From an uncultured archaeon (GTDB lineage Archaea > Altiarchaeota > Altiarchaeia > JAFGQM01), in assembly GCA_964619365.1 (NCBI GenBank), contig CAZUDQ010000002.1, positions 132,815-191,538 of the forward strand: a stretch of DNA of 58,724 nt, given 5' to 3'. Shown in pieces: positions 9,992-20,143 of the stretch. The position numbers were made by a program, and so were the translations under genes. The notes under the pieces are model-generated. The model made no database searches, was not told the DNA's origin, and was given only the letters and a program-made list of their open reading frames with translations. Numbering within the stretch: position 1 is the stretch's first letter; each line of letters starts with the position of its first letter.

Positions 9992-10687
9992 ATGGATATG
10001 CGGATTGTTCTTGTGAGAACCCAGGAAAATGGGAATATCGGTTCTGTTGCGCGAGCCATGAAAAACTTTGGATTATCCGAGCTTTATCTACTTGACCCAA
10101 TATGTGAGATAGGTCCTGATGCCAGGCGTTTTGCAAGTCATGGTCTTGACGTTTTAGAAGGGGCAAAGGTGGTTTCAGACTTAAATGAAGCATTAATGGG
10201 CTGTGATTTTATTGTTGCAACCACTGGAAAACCAGGGGGGCACAAGACTCCAAAAAGAAAAGCAATAACTCCTGAGCAGCTTGGAGAGATGATTCCTCCT
10301 GGGGCAAAAGTCGCGTTAGTCTTTGGAAATGAAGCAAGCGGGCTTCCAAATGAGATTTTAGAGAAAGTCGATATAACAATGCGAATTCCTGCAAATCCAA
10401 AATATCCCATTCTTAATCTTGCTCAGGCCGTCTGTGTGACCTGTTATGAGCTTTCAAAGAAACGGTATGAGAAGACAGTCAAAGAGCGTCCTATGAGCCA
10501 TGACGTTCGCACGCAGCTTGTAAAATACACTAAAGAGATTTGCGGCGAGGTTTATGCGCAGGAACATCAGGCTGGATTTATTGAAACCTCTCTTGAACAA
10601 GTGTACTCAAAGGCGGCATTAACAGAGCAACAGGGAAGGCGCATAATAAGCTTTTACCGGAAAATTCTTACAAAGATAAAACCCTAA
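9992..10687 (+). CDS. trmJ: tRNA (C/U32-2'-O)-methyltransferase, SPOUT TrmJ family
   Basis: GNIGSVARAMKNFG, VFGNEASGL, YPILNLAQAV. Confidence 0.9.
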   Translation: MDMRIVLVRTQENGNIGSVARAMKNFGLSELYLLDPICEIGPDARRFASHGLDVLEGAKVVSDLNEALMGCDFIVATTGKPGGHKTPKRKAITPEQLGEMIPPGAKVALVFGNEASGLPNEILEKVDITMRIPANPKYPILNLAQAVCVTCYELSKKRYEKTVKERPMSHDVRTQLVKYTKEICGEVYAQEHQAGFIETSLEQVYSKAALTEQQGRRIISFYRKILTKIKP

Positions 10688-10704
10688 ATTTAAGCTATAG
10701 ATGC

Positions 10705-10726
10705 AACACTTGCATGTGCGAGTCTT
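10705..10726. repeat. 22-bp dispersed palindrome, copy 1 (AAcACTtGCA-TG-TGCGAGTCTT)
   Basis: Two mismatches to consensus. Lies between convergent genes. Confidence 0.8.
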
Positions 10727-10727
10727 G

Positions 10728-11081
10728 TCAACACACATAAGAAAAGACATCTTTTGCATCAATTTCGAGTCCACCCTTAACCGAAACGATTTCGCCAAGT
10801 ACCTGGGCGCACATGCCTTTTTTTGCTTTGAACGGAATTCTGTCAAAATAAATGACCTCAATATTCCTTTTGTTATCGCTAAGGAGAAGATAACAGCCGG
10901 CAGAAAAAACCCTTATTTCCGTTATTATCCCGCGTGTTAGTACAAGCTTCCCACGCATGTTTAAATCTATTTCTGAGATATCAATCATTTCCGGGACAAG
11001 GAGTCCTGATGCCTCATTCGTTAAAACAATCCCTCCGATTGCCACAATTACAAGTATTATAGGTAAAATCTCTTCTTTCAT
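10728..11081 (-). CDS. membrane-anchored OB-fold protein
   Basis: N-terminal TM, then G..V...G.I..I, L.D....I.V..F and V.G.....G.LEI.A. Confidence 0.7.
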   Translation of the reverse strand: MKEEILPIILVIVAIGGIVLTNEASGLLVPEMIDISEIDLNMRGKLVLTRGIITEIRVFSAGCYLLLSDNKRNIEVIYFDRIPFKAKKGMCAQVLGEIVSVKGGLEIDAKDVFSYVC

Positions 11082-11768
11082 CTAAGCTTTTTTCGCAGAG
11101 ATTATTAGGAAGCGGATGCCAAGAGCGCTCAGGAGACTGATTCTCTTGGAACAATACTTTTGAATATCAACGGATTTAAAGTCCTTTTGCATAATGGCGT
11201 TAAACTCTTTTTCAGAGTGCCTAAAAGTTTTAAACCCCCACGCACGGTCTGCCATAACATCACCGGCAAGGGCAAGCGGGTTTTTCGTAGAGTCAAAAGT
11301 CACAATTAGGCACATACCTTTAGGTTTAAGGACGCGCGATATTTCAGAAATCGCTTTTTTAGGGTTTGTAATGTGATGAAACGACCAGAAACACACAACA
11401 GCGTCAAATGAGGAGTCGGGATAATCCAGGTCTTCTGCGTCCTTAAGTTCAAATCGACCGTCTGGATATCGATTTTTACAGCAGGCAATCATACCTGGGG
11501 CAAAATCGGCTCCAGTGTATTCTCCCAGTTTAGAAAGCCAGGGATAAAGCTGACCCGTCCCGCAGCAAAGGTCAAGTATCTGCGCTTTTTTGTTTCCCAC
11601 GCGTGTCATGCTTAACTTAGAAGAAAGTTTTTGGACGGTAAGCTCACTTAAAGTTTCCCTTAATTCCTTTGAAGCCTTTGATATGTACCAAGAATCATAC
11701 TCGCCGCCTAACGCGTCATATGTGCAAAGCGTACTTGACTTTATCTTATTCTGCGTTAGTTTGTCCAC
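11082..11768 (-). CDS. class I SAM-dependent methyltransferase
   Basis: ILDLCCGTG, DAEDLDYPDSSFD, RVLKPKG. The GTG start is inferred. Confidence 0.85.
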   Translation of the reverse strand: MDKLTQNKIKSSTLCTYDALGGEYDSWYISKASKELRETLSELTVQKLSSKLSMTRVGNKKAQILDLCCGTGQLYPWLSKLGEYTGADFAPGMIACCKNRYPDGRFELKDAEDLDYPDSSFDAVVCFWSFHHITNPKKAISEISRVLKPKGMCLIVTFDSTKNPLALAGDVMADRAWGFKTFRHSEKEFNAIMQKDFKSVDIQKYCSKRISLLSALGIRFLIISAKKA

Positions 11769-11843
11769 AGTATGATTTTGATGTTTCTCCCTTAAATTTA
11801 TAAAGCCTCTTTTGTTAGTTTTATGCAAAAAATATAAATTAAA

Positions 11844-12491
11844 ATGGCAACACTCGTAGTATATTATTCAAAAACAGGGAACACAAAGAAGATTGCAGAA
11901 GAAATAGTCTCTTTAGAAGGCGGTGATTTGATGCAAATAGAAGAGAAAAACCCCAGTAAATCAGGAGGCATTAATATTATCGGTGCTGGCATTTCGGCGC
12001 TTCGAGGCAAAAAGACTGAAATCAAGCCATTATCTCACGTTCCTTCGGAGTATTCAAGAATTTATGTGGGGTCTCCTGTTTGGGCAGATAACATGCCTCC
12101 TGCAGTGCGTGGCTTTTTGGATTCAGGAGCACTTAACGGAAAAGAAGTCTTTCTTTTTTCAACACATGGTGGGGGTGGAGCAAAAAAGTTCTTTTGCAAG
12201 ATGGCAGAAGTTCTGCCAAAATCAAACATCTTAGGTTCATTTGCGATATGTGACAAGGAGATTAAAAAGGGTAATGAGAAAACGCATGTTAAAGATGCCC
12301 TCACTAAACTCGAGGTGCTTAACGGAAAAAAAGTCTCGGCAAAAAGTGCTGTTACTTCAGCGCTTAAAAAGCACAAAAAAGATTCAGAAAAAGTTAAAAA
12401 ACCCAAAAAGAAAAGCTCTGTATCTCTAACGAAAAAGACAGCAACTAAAAAGAAGAGTCCTGTAAAAAAGACAAATAAGGCCAAGAAATAA
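11844..12491 (+). CDS. flavodoxin with Lys-rich C-terminal tail
   Basis: YYSKTGNT, GSPVW, FSTHGG, then a ~55-aa K/S/T/A/P-rich tail. Confidence 0.85.
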   Translation: MATLVVYYSKTGNTKKIAEEIVSLEGGDLMQIEEKNPSKSGGINIIGAGISALRGKKTEIKPLSHVPSEYSRIYVGSPVWADNMPPAVRGFLDSGALNGKEVFLFSTHGGGGAKKFFCKMAEVLPKSNILGSFAICDKEIKKGNEKTHVKDALTKLEVLNGKKVSAKSAVTSALKKHKKDSEKVKKPKKKSSVSLTKKTATKKKSPVKKTNKAKK

Positions 12492-12512
12492 ATTCCCTTA
12501 TAACAGCAGGCT

Positions 12513-14822
12513 TTATTCTATCTCGCGTTTGTAGTGCCCCGCACTACGCTCATTGCCTCTTTCATCGGCTTTAAAATCAGAAAGCATTCTAGATATCCCG
12601 CTTTTTTCAGTGGAGACATCAGCGATTATTCCAAAACAGCCCTGAAGTTTAGAAAGTTCTCCACCCATATCAACCATCGTTGGGTTGTAAAGTCTAAAAA
12701 GGCCGTCTTTTACCTTAACTGGATAGTCAAATCCTTTCCTGCCTGAAAGGATATAGCTTCCATCGGCAAGAGACTTTCCATAAGCTGCAGAGACCATAAG
12801 CTGCGGGCGAAATACTCCAAGAGGGGCAAGTATTCCTTTAAATGATGAGTTTCTAATAGCATTTAAGTTTAATTCAACAGAAGGCACAACGACTTTTGCC
12901 CCAAGGTCGATAAGAGCCTTTATGCTAAGTGAATTCAGGCAGTTTAATTCCCGCCCTGCCCAAAACTCTCTTCCTTCCCTTTTAAGCGCCCAAAGAACGC
13001 CTAAGTTAGAGGCTACCACCGGAAGGTCCGAACTTGCCTTTATGAAGGCCCCAATGTCGCCTTTAGTTTCTATTTCAGGAGATTTTATGATGACTTTACA
13101 GTGCGCAAGCTCTTTTTTAAGGCGGTTTATCTCATTTTTGCCGCTTGCAGAACAGATTATTGTGCCTTTTAATTCTTTGGGGTCTATCTCCCCAGATTTT
13201 AATTGTTCTTCGCGAATTTCAAATATCCTTTCTGTTTGTTTGTTTGCTTTCCCACCTTTGGTATCATAATATTCCTTTACTCTGCTTCCAAAGTCTTCTG
13301 GGAGCTTCTTTTCACAGGATTCAAGAATCTTTTTCCTCATTGCAACAAGGCATTTTTCAGCGAGCACTCGGGCGACACTTGATGGTACAAAGGGAGAGCC
13401 TTCGATTTCACACCATGTTTTTGCCACAGGAAAGAAGAGATCGTCTTCTTTTGCAAATTTCTTTAGCCACTCGGGTTTTGTAGGAGCAGTCCTGGATTCT
13501 TCAAGGGCATCCCCTTCGGTTAGCTTAATACAATCTTCGCCCAGATACGCCTCAGCACACAAGGGTTCTCCCTTCTTTGCAATTATTCTTAATGAATAAG
13601 GCATTTTCTTTTCTTTGGGCGCACTTATTGGGTCTGGATGCGAGACAAAAAGGCTTTCACCAAGCTCAAGTTTTGCATTTCCGCTGAGAAGGAGGTGAAC
13701 AACCTGACCTTGGAATATATGCTTTACTTCTTTTTTACCCACGAATATTCGCTTTACTTCAAAATTTCTTATTTTTTCGCCCTTTATCATCGACAGCTTA
13801 TCGTGCTCCTTTATCTGAGCGCTTACCTTTACTTTGTAAAGCCCGCGTTCGATGCCAATGACTTCTGCCGCCTTTAAACCTTTATGGGATGGGGATTTTG
13901 CTATTCGCGAACTGCCTTCTTCACCTAAGAGATATCCCTTGTCATTTTCGCGAAGGAAGCTTGCCGCAAGATTGCGCAGTTCGGTTTCACTTGGACCCTC
14001 TCCCTTGCCAAGAAATTTTTTGATTGCCGCCCTGTATGCTACTGCCGCAGCCTTTACATAATCCTCGTTTTTGAGCCGTCCTTCGACTTTTAGGGCTGAT
14101 ACCCCCGCATTTATTATCTTTGGGATATTCTCTATTGTCATTTGGTCTTTTGGGCAGAGGAGATATCCTTGTTTAAGCACTTTTTCGTCTTCGTCCTTTA
14201 GGATATATCCCATCCTGCACGGCTGAAGACAACGCCCGCGGTTTCCGCTTTTGTTAAACGCAAAGCTCGAAAAAAGGCAAAGGCCCGAGTATGAGAAGCA
14301 AAGTGCCCCGTGGACAAATACCTCAGTTTCAACGCCACGGTCTTTCATTTCTGAGCTTATCTCTGAAACCTCCTTAACCGAAAGCTCGCGTGCAAGGACA
14401 ATTCGTTTAAAGCCAAGTTCTCCAAGAAGGCGTGCGCCTTCTATATTGTGGCAAGTCATTTGAGTTGAGGCGTGAATCCGTATTCCAGGGATAAGGTCAA
14501 TAAGAGCTTTACCCAGACCAATATCCTGAATTATTATGCCATCAACGCCAAGAGTCCATGCGCGCGCTGCAAGTCCCATAGCTTCACGTATTTCAGAATC
14601 TTTGATTAGCGTGTTTAATGCAAGATAACATTTTGCCTTTTTGATTTTACAAAAAGCGACAAGCTCAGACATTTCCTCTGAACTTAAGTTTTCCGCACTT
14701 GCTCTGGCAGAGAATTTGTCTGCTCCGAAATAGACTGCGTCTGCCCCATACAAAATGGCGGATTTTGCTTTCTTTAGGCTTCCTCCGGGGAGAATTAACT
14801 CCGGACTTAAATTTGAACTCAT
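12513..14822 (-). CDS. U32-family Fe-S protein, long RlhA-like form (putative rRNA hydroxylase)
   Basis: GADAVYFG, HASTQ, LAREL, EVFVHGALCFSYSGLC...NRGRCLQPCR, LKVEGR, long C-terminal extension. Confidence 0.85.
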   Translation of the reverse strand: MSSNLSPELILPGGSLKKAKSAILYGADAVYFGADKFSARASAENLSSEEMSELVAFCKIKKAKCYLALNTLIKDSEIREAMGLAARAWTLGVDGIIIQDIGLGKALIDLIPGIRIHASTQMTCHNIEGARLLGELGFKRIVLARELSVKEVSEISSEMKDRGVETEVFVHGALCFSYSGLCLFSSFAFNKSGNRGRCLQPCRMGYILKDEDEKVLKQGYLLCPKDQMTIENIPKIINAGVSALKVEGRLKNEDYVKAAAVAYRAAIKKFLGKGEGPSETELRNLAASFLRENDKGYLLGEEGSSRIAKSPSHKGLKAAEVIGIERGLYKVKVSAQIKEHDKLSMIKGEKIRNFEVKRIFVGKKEVKHIFQGQVVHLLLSGNAKLELGESLFVSHPDPISAPKEKKMPYSLRIIAKKGEPLCAEAYLGEDCIKLTEGDALEESRTAPTKPEWLKKFAKEDDLFFPVAKTWCEIEGSPFVPSSVARVLAEKCLVAMRKKILESCEKKLPEDFGSRVKEYYDTKGGKANKQTERIFEIREEQLKSGEIDPKELKGTIICSASGKNEINRLKKELAHCKVIIKSPEIETKGDIGAFIKASSDLPVVASNLGVLWALKREGREFWAGRELNCLNSLSIKALIDLGAKVVVPSVELNLNAIRNSSFKGILAPLGVFRPQLMVSAAYGKSLADGSYILSGRKGFDYPVKVKDGLFRLYNPTMVDMGGELSKLQGCFGIIADVSTEKSGISRMLSDFKADERGNERSAGHYKREIE

Positions 14823-14866
14823 ATTCGTTTGCCTTTTTTGGACTTGAAGCTTTAAAATAGCATAAA

Positions 14867-15604
14867 ATGACAAAACTCATCTTTCTTGGTTCTGGCGGCG
14901 GGCGTTTTGTGACCCAAACTCAAACGAGAAGAACTGGAGGGCTATGGCTTGAGGCAAACGGGAAAAATATTATGATAGACCCTGCACCAGGCACAATTGT
15001 GCGAAGTTTGGAATACAATACGCCTCTTTTAAAGCTTGATGCCATTCTAGTCTCTCATAAGCATCTTGACCATTATGGGGACACTGAGGTCTGTATCGAA
15101 GGCATGACTCATGGTATGGGTGAGGTGAGAGGTACGCTTTTTATCAACAAAAACACTTCAAGCTACGTTTCAGATTATCATAAAGATATGACTGAAGTCA
15201 TAGAGTTTTCAGATATTGGCAAATGGAAGCTTTGTGGGATTGATATTGAAACAATTCCAACATTTAATCATGACGGAGCATTCGGGTTTAAGTTTCATTT
15301 GGATGACTGCATAATCTCTGTTAGTTCAGATACGAATTATTCGCCTGAGCTTGCAAAATACTACTCAGGTTCAGACATATTGATACTAAATGTCCTTAGA
15401 CCAGACTCTTCAAAGATACAAAAGCACCTTTGCGTCTCTGAAGCCGCAAAGATAATCTCTGAAGCCAAACCCAAACTTGCAATAATCACCCATTTTGGCT
15501 ACGAACTGGCAAGTTCAGACACCGATGCCATCGCAGAAAAGATGACTAAGGAAACAGGTGTCGATGTTATCTCGGCACATGATGGACTGGGAATAGACGT
15601 ATAG
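14867..15604 (+). CDS. metallo-beta-lactamase-fold hydrolase
   Basis: FLGSGGGR, SHKHLDH, SDT, THFG. Confidence 0.88.
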   Translation: MTKLIFLGSGGGRFVTQTQTRRTGGLWLEANGKNIMIDPAPGTIVRSLEYNTPLLKLDAILVSHKHLDHYGDTEVCIEGMTHGMGEVRGTLFINKNTSSYVSDYHKDMTEVIEFSDIGKWKLCGIDIETIPTFNHDGAFGFKFHLDDCIISVSSDTNYSPELAKYYSGSDILILNVLRPDSSKIQKHLCVSEAAKIISEAKPKLAIITHFGYELASSDTDAIAEKMTKETGVDVISAHDGLGIDV

Positions 15605-15625
15605 TTTAAAGACTGCCCAAAAGGC

Positions 15626-15647
15626 AAGACTCGCATGTGCGAGTCTT
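15626..15647. repeat. 22-bp dispersed palindrome, copy 2 (perfect AAGACTCGCA-TG-TGCGAGTCTT)
   Basis: Perfect 10-bp arms. Lies between convergent genes and overlaps the dph6 stop codon. Confidence 0.9.
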
Positions 15648-16245
15648 AAAGGCGTAAGCTCTTTTTAAAGCCCGGACCATTAATGACAAATGTTTCATAT
15701 TCCCCACCTTCCCCACCTAAGTGGATTTGTGTTTTTCTAAACTTTTCAAGAAGTTCTGGAGTTATCTTAGCACCGATAAGTGAATCGTCAAGACCGTCTG
15801 CAAAAGTTCCGACAATCCGCACGTCAAAGCCTTCTTTGATTAGAAATTCCATATACATTTCAGGGTCAATGTGCCAAAGGGGATTGATTGTTGCAAGATT
15901 AAGTTCGTGGCAAATGCGCTCAATTCTTGTTCTTTGGTAGTCTGAAGCAAGGGCACCTGAAACAACGCCCACAATACCGAGTTCCTCCTTAAGCCCGGCA
16001 AGATACGTCTTTAAGTCATCAACTTCAGCCTCTTTTTCTCCTGCTGTTTCACAGACTCTTAACGGAATGTCCATGGCTTCAGCGAGTTCCGGGACGCGCT
16101 CTTCTTTTAGAGTATGGTACATGTAGGACTCCTTGTTTTTAGAGCGCATATTAAGGAGACATACAATATCATAACCCATCTGGCTTGCTATATGGCAGGC
16201 GTAAACTGAGTCTTTCCCGCCTGAGAAAAGTGCGACGACTTTCAT
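15646..16245 (-). CDS. dph6: diphthine--ammonia ligase
   Basis: PP-loop LFSGGKDS, SYMYH, GALASDYQRTR, PLW, GEGGEYETFV. Confidence 0.9.
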   Translation of the reverse strand: MKVVALFSGGKDSVYACHIASQMGYDIVCLLNMRSKNKESYMYHTLKEERVPELAEAMDIPLRVCETAGEKEAEVDDLKTYLAGLKEELGIVGVVSGALASDYQRTRIERICHELNLATINPLWHIDPEMYMEFLIKEGFDVRIVGTFADGLDDSLIGAKITPELLEKFRKTQIHLGGEGGEYETFVINGPGFKKSLRL

Positions 16246-16282
16246 AATAGCTTTTTTATCTTTTAGAAACATAAATGAACCA

Positions 16283-17407
16283 ATGCCAAAACCAAAAGCC
16301 AGAAAACCCGATTTCATACATTACAATCCCCCCAAATACCTAAGCTCGCCAAGGATAACTCCCAATAAACTCAAATCAATACATGAGAAAACAAAAAACC
16401 TTGATGTCCGTGAAGGTGAATTCTTGCCAATAAAATACTATGGTCACCTGCACCCGCTATTAAGAGAACGCTTGCCTGCACACATCGACATAAATGGGGT
16501 TAAGCGCGGGCCTTTTTTTGAGGAAATGGCAGAGGAAATGCGAATTTTAAAGGCATCACGACAGGCAAAACAAATTGGTATTCCCCACATGCAGCATATG
16601 CCCACACTTGTAGGTATGCACGAATTCAATGAAAATTTGAGGGAACCCGGAGATTTTATTCGTCTTAATATGGGCTTTAAGCACCCCGAAGCTGATATTG
16701 AGGGCGCTAGACTTCGTTCTGCCAGTTATATCACAAAGACCAGGAAAGGCAATTATTTGGTCCTAGGTTATGGCACGCAGGGGTCAACAAAATTGGCTCA
16801 GCTTGACAGAAAACTCAGGAAAGAATCTAAAGGCAATAGCGGTGGTAGTCAACTGCACAGGGTTTATGATTATGCAATTCCAGCTCAAACTCTTGCCATA
16901 CTATCAAGAGCTCTTCCGAGGGCGGGCAATCCTGAAGCTCGTGTATTTGTAACTGGTCAGGGCTTAGCAACACTCAGGCGAGGTACTGGGCGAGAATACT
17001 CTAGAGAAGCTTTAGAGGGATTCTTGCCGTTATTAAAAGATAATTATGGCATCACGGATACTGCCAAATATGAAAAGCTTCTAAAAAATTGGCAAAGTAC
17101 CGACCCATATGAACGCGACAGGGTACTAAGTACTCTACCCTTTAGAGGCCTTTTTGGAATACCTACCCACATACTTGACGATGTTTATCACAAGGTTCCA
17201 AGTACAATTGCTTCGAGAAAAAAGAGGCTTTTTGATGTTGCAACACCTGAGGTAGTCGAATCCATTTTTGCAAAAGATCCTCAAATCAAAGACCCAAAAG
17301 CTACTGCCAAAAAAGCTATGGATATGGACGTATTCGAGCTAGATGCGGAAAAAACAAAGGCTCTGGACCCCTTTATAAAAGTAGGGTACTCCAAAAAGAA
17401 AACTTAG
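16283..17407 (+). CDS. hypothetical protein, paralog of 18908-20143
   Basis: 374-aa ORF with a Pro/Lys-rich N-terminus. Shares collinear motifs with 18908-20143. Confidence 0.7.
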   Translation: MPKPKARKPDFIHYNPPKYLSSPRITPNKLKSIHEKTKNLDVREGEFLPIKYYGHLHPLLRERLPAHIDINGVKRGPFFEEMAEEMRILKASRQAKQIGIPHMQHMPTLVGMHEFNENLREPGDFIRLNMGFKHPEADIEGARLRSASYITKTRKGNYLVLGYGTQGSTKLAQLDRKLRKESKGNSGGSQLHRVYDYAIPAQTLAILSRALPRAGNPEARVFVTGQGLATLRRGTGREYSREALEGFLPLLKDNYGITDTAKYEKLLKNWQSTDPYERDRVLSTLPFRGLFGIPTHILDDVYHKVPSTIASRKKRLFDVATPEVVESIFAKDPQIKDPKATAKKAMDMDVFELDAEKTKALDPFIKVGYSKKKT

Positions 17408-18864
17408 TAGGCCTTGGCAATATACACAATAGTTGTTGCGTCCTTGCCACAAACCGGGCATTTGTCGCCATTATCTGGAATGCCTGCCGTTGGGTAAAGT
17501 GTTCCCCTGACTTCAGCTGAAATCGAGGCTTTTAGTTGTTCGTCGCAATCAACACCACTCATTTCACAACTGCACCACGGAGATTTTGCGATCCCGCCTT
17601 CTGCTATAACATTCTCAATCACATCAAGGGTTTTTGCCTCCCTTATGTTTTCGATAAGATGTTTTGTCGAATGCATTAAAAGGACATTATCAAGCTCGAT
17701 TGCTTCCTTTTCAACCTCATTTAGCAGCTCTTTTTCATCAATAGGTTTTTTGTTGCCAAGACGTGATGCGATAACTACTTTGTTCTCTTCAATATCGCGT
17801 GGTCCGATTTCAATCCGGATTGGGGTGCCCATAAGTTCCCAATGATAGTGCTTTTCACCAGGGCGTTTATCTGAAGCATCTATTTCTACAATGAAACCTG
17901 CATTTTCAAGTAAAAGGCGCATCTCCTCGCATTTCTTAAAGATTGCATCCTCTTTTTTACCCTTAAAGATTATTGGGAGTATTACAATTTGGACGGGAGC
18001 CAGTTCCATTGGGAGAACAAGACCCTTATCGTCCCCGTGAGTCATCACTGTTGCGCCAATAAGCCTGGTTGAAACGCCCCATGTTGTCTGGTGGACAAAA
18101 GTCTTGTTATTGTTCTCATCAAGGAATGAGATTTCCATGGGTCTTGAGAAATGAGTTCCCATGTTATGGACAGTTCCCGCCTGAAGGACCTTTCCATCCG
18201 GCATGAGCGTTTCTAAAGAAACTGTATCCTCTGCCCCCGCAAATTTATCCCATTCTGGGCGCTTAACAAAAAAGCATGCAATCTTTAGTCGCTCTTCAAG
18301 AAGCTTTTTGTAAACATCAAGGACTTGTGCTTGGTTCTCCTTAGCCTCTTTTGCGCTTGCAAAACAGCTGTGCCCCTCTTGCCACAAGAACTCGCGCCCA
18401 CGGATAAAGGGCTTAGTCATTTTTGTCTCCCAACGCACGATATTGCACCACTGATTTGTCTGAAGTGGTAAATCCTGATAACTTCTTATCCAAAGCTTAT
18501 ACATATTATTTATGATTGTTTCACTAGTCGGGCGAATCGCAAGGCGATTATCAAGCTTTTCTTCGCCCCCATGAGTTACCCAGGCGACTTCTGGCATAAA
18601 GCCTTCAAAGTGCTCTGCTTCTTCCTTTAGAAGCGATTCGGGGATGACCAGGGGGAAATAAGCGTTTCTTGCTCCAAGTGCCTTGAATTCCGGATTTGAG
18701 AACTCTTGAATCTTCTCCCATATATGATACGCATTTGGCATGACTACATCAAAGCCTTTTGTGGGTGAGCGCTGATCCATAAGCTTTGCGCGGCGCACAA
18801 GCTCTATATACCACTCTGAAAAATCCTCGTCCTTTTTGATATTAAAAAAATCTTTATCAGCCAT
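17404..18864 (-). CDS. proS: proline--tRNA ligase (archaeal/eukaryotic type)
   Basis: RPTSET, RWE..PFIRGREFLWQEGH, FAGA, WGVSTR, C-terminal Zn knuckle ending AKAY. Confidence 0.97.
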   Translation of the reverse strand: MADKDFFNIKKDEDFSEWYIELVRRAKLMDQRSPTKGFDVVMPNAYHIWEKIQEFSNPEFKALGARNAYFPLVIPESLLKEEAEHFEGFMPEVAWVTHGGEEKLDNRLAIRPTSETIINNMYKLWIRSYQDLPLQTNQWCNIVRWETKMTKPFIRGREFLWQEGHSCFASAKEAKENQAQVLDVYKKLLEERLKIACFFVKRPEWDKFAGAEDTVSLETLMPDGKVLQAGTVHNMGTHFSRPMEISFLDENNNKTFVHQTTWGVSTRLIGATVMTHGDDKGLVLPMELAPVQIVILPIIFKGKKEDAIFKKCEEMRLLLENAGFIVEIDASDKRPGEKHYHWELMGTPIRIEIGPRDIEENKVVIASRLGNKKPIDEKELLNEVEKEAIELDNVLLMHSTKHLIENIREAKTLDVIENVIAEGGIAKSPWCSCEMSGVDCDEQLKASISAEVRGTLYPTAGIPDNGDKCPVCGKDATTIVYIAKAY

Positions 18865-18907
18865 TTCTTTTTGCTATTTTTGAGTCTTTGGAATTAAAAG
18901 CTACCAA

Positions 18908-20143
18908 TCAATTCCCATCAGAACTGCTTGCACGCTCGATATTTTCTACGTCATGCCCACGTTTTTTCAGGTCGTTTTGCCAAATCTCAATCTCCTTTTC
19001 ACTCATAGGTTTTATGAATTTACTTAATTCTTTAAACGCAGGAACTCGCATATCATAAGCCTTAAGCCCTGTAAGGTTTTTTGCGTCTTCTGGAGTCACG
19101 CCCCACTGGAAATGCATATGCCAATCAGATAAAGGTCCTAAGGCATCTTCTGCAGTTGTTTTTCTTGCACCTAATTTTTTTGGTATAGTACTGTAATTCC
19201 GTTCAAGAACAACCTTAGGAACTCCATGCGCCCGGTCAAAAAAGGTACCTCCATCCTCATAGATATCCTTTAGGATCTTTCTTACTTTGATTCCACCCAT
19301 ATCAGGACTATCCCAATTATCCAAAATTTGTTTTATTCGCTTTTGATTCTGTTTTGATAGCGGGTAATATTGAGCTTCCTTTAGTATTTCTTTTGATTGA
19401 GGTCTTTTAGTTCCCTTTCGCCACCATCCAAGGTCTTTTCCAGGCATCCCAATAGGATATTTATCGCCTTCGCGCATAAGGAGCGCTGAAGTTAAAGCAA
19501 GACCCAAGCTTGGGGCACCTTCATCAAAAGTCTTGTGCATCCCAGGACTTATTCCAGCTCTGATATCGTGCCAGTTATGCTCTGTTGTATCTCGCTCGCG
19601 ATCCTCTTTAGATCTAAGGTCTGTAAACTGCATGCCATGGGCCTCAATAGAATACCGGTCCCCAGGATTCTTTCTTATTACGTGCGTTGTTGGAACAAGA
19701 GGATGTTTATCGTATCCTGGAACTTCCATAAACGCCCTGATTGGATATATCCTGTCTATTTCACCTTCTGTTGCAAGCTCTCCAAGATCAAGAACCGTGG
19801 GATAAAAATGCCCCCCACGAAGATTTGAATCATAGATGTGTTTAGCTTCCTTTAGGGAGGTTATCTCTTTTGCAAAGTCATCCCGTGAAGAACCTTTTGG
19901 GAGCCTTTCACGAATGAGTGGATGTAATTTTTGCCTTCCTTCTTTGTCAAGAACTGCCCCTTTTGTTGGAGTGTTTTTAGAGACATTTTTTATAAGCTGG
20001 TTTATCTTGTTTGAACTATGATGCTTATGTCCCCCCAATATTGGATGTGGGTCAAATTTCCAGAACCTTTGGCCACCAAGTGGCTTTGAAGTCTGGATGG
20101 GAGGTAATTTAGGTAATTTAAAAACAGGTCGTTTTGGGGGCAT
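18908..20143 (-). CDS. hypothetical protein, paralog of 16283-17407
   Basis: 411-aa ORF beginning MPPKRP. Shared motifs such as LHPLIRERLP. Confidence 0.7.
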   Translation of the reverse strand: MPPKRPVFKLPKLPPIQTSKPLGGQRFWKFDPHPILGGHKHHSSNKINQLIKNVSKNTPTKGAVLDKEGRQKLHPLIRERLPKGSSRDDFAKEITSLKEAKHIYDSNLRGGHFYPTVLDLGELATEGEIDRIYPIRAFMEVPGYDKHPLVPTTHVIRKNPGDRYSIEAHGMQFTDLRSKEDRERDTTEHNWHDIRAGISPGMHKTFDEGAPSLGLALTSALLMREGDKYPIGMPGKDLGWWRKGTKRPQSKEILKEAQYYPLSKQNQKRIKQILDNWDSPDMGGIKVRKILKDIYEDGGTFFDRAHGVPKVVLERNYSTIPKKLGARKTTAEDALGPLSDWHMHFQWGVTPEDAKNLTGLKAYDMRVPAFKELSKFIKPMSEKEIEIWQNDLKKRGHDVENIERASSSDGN

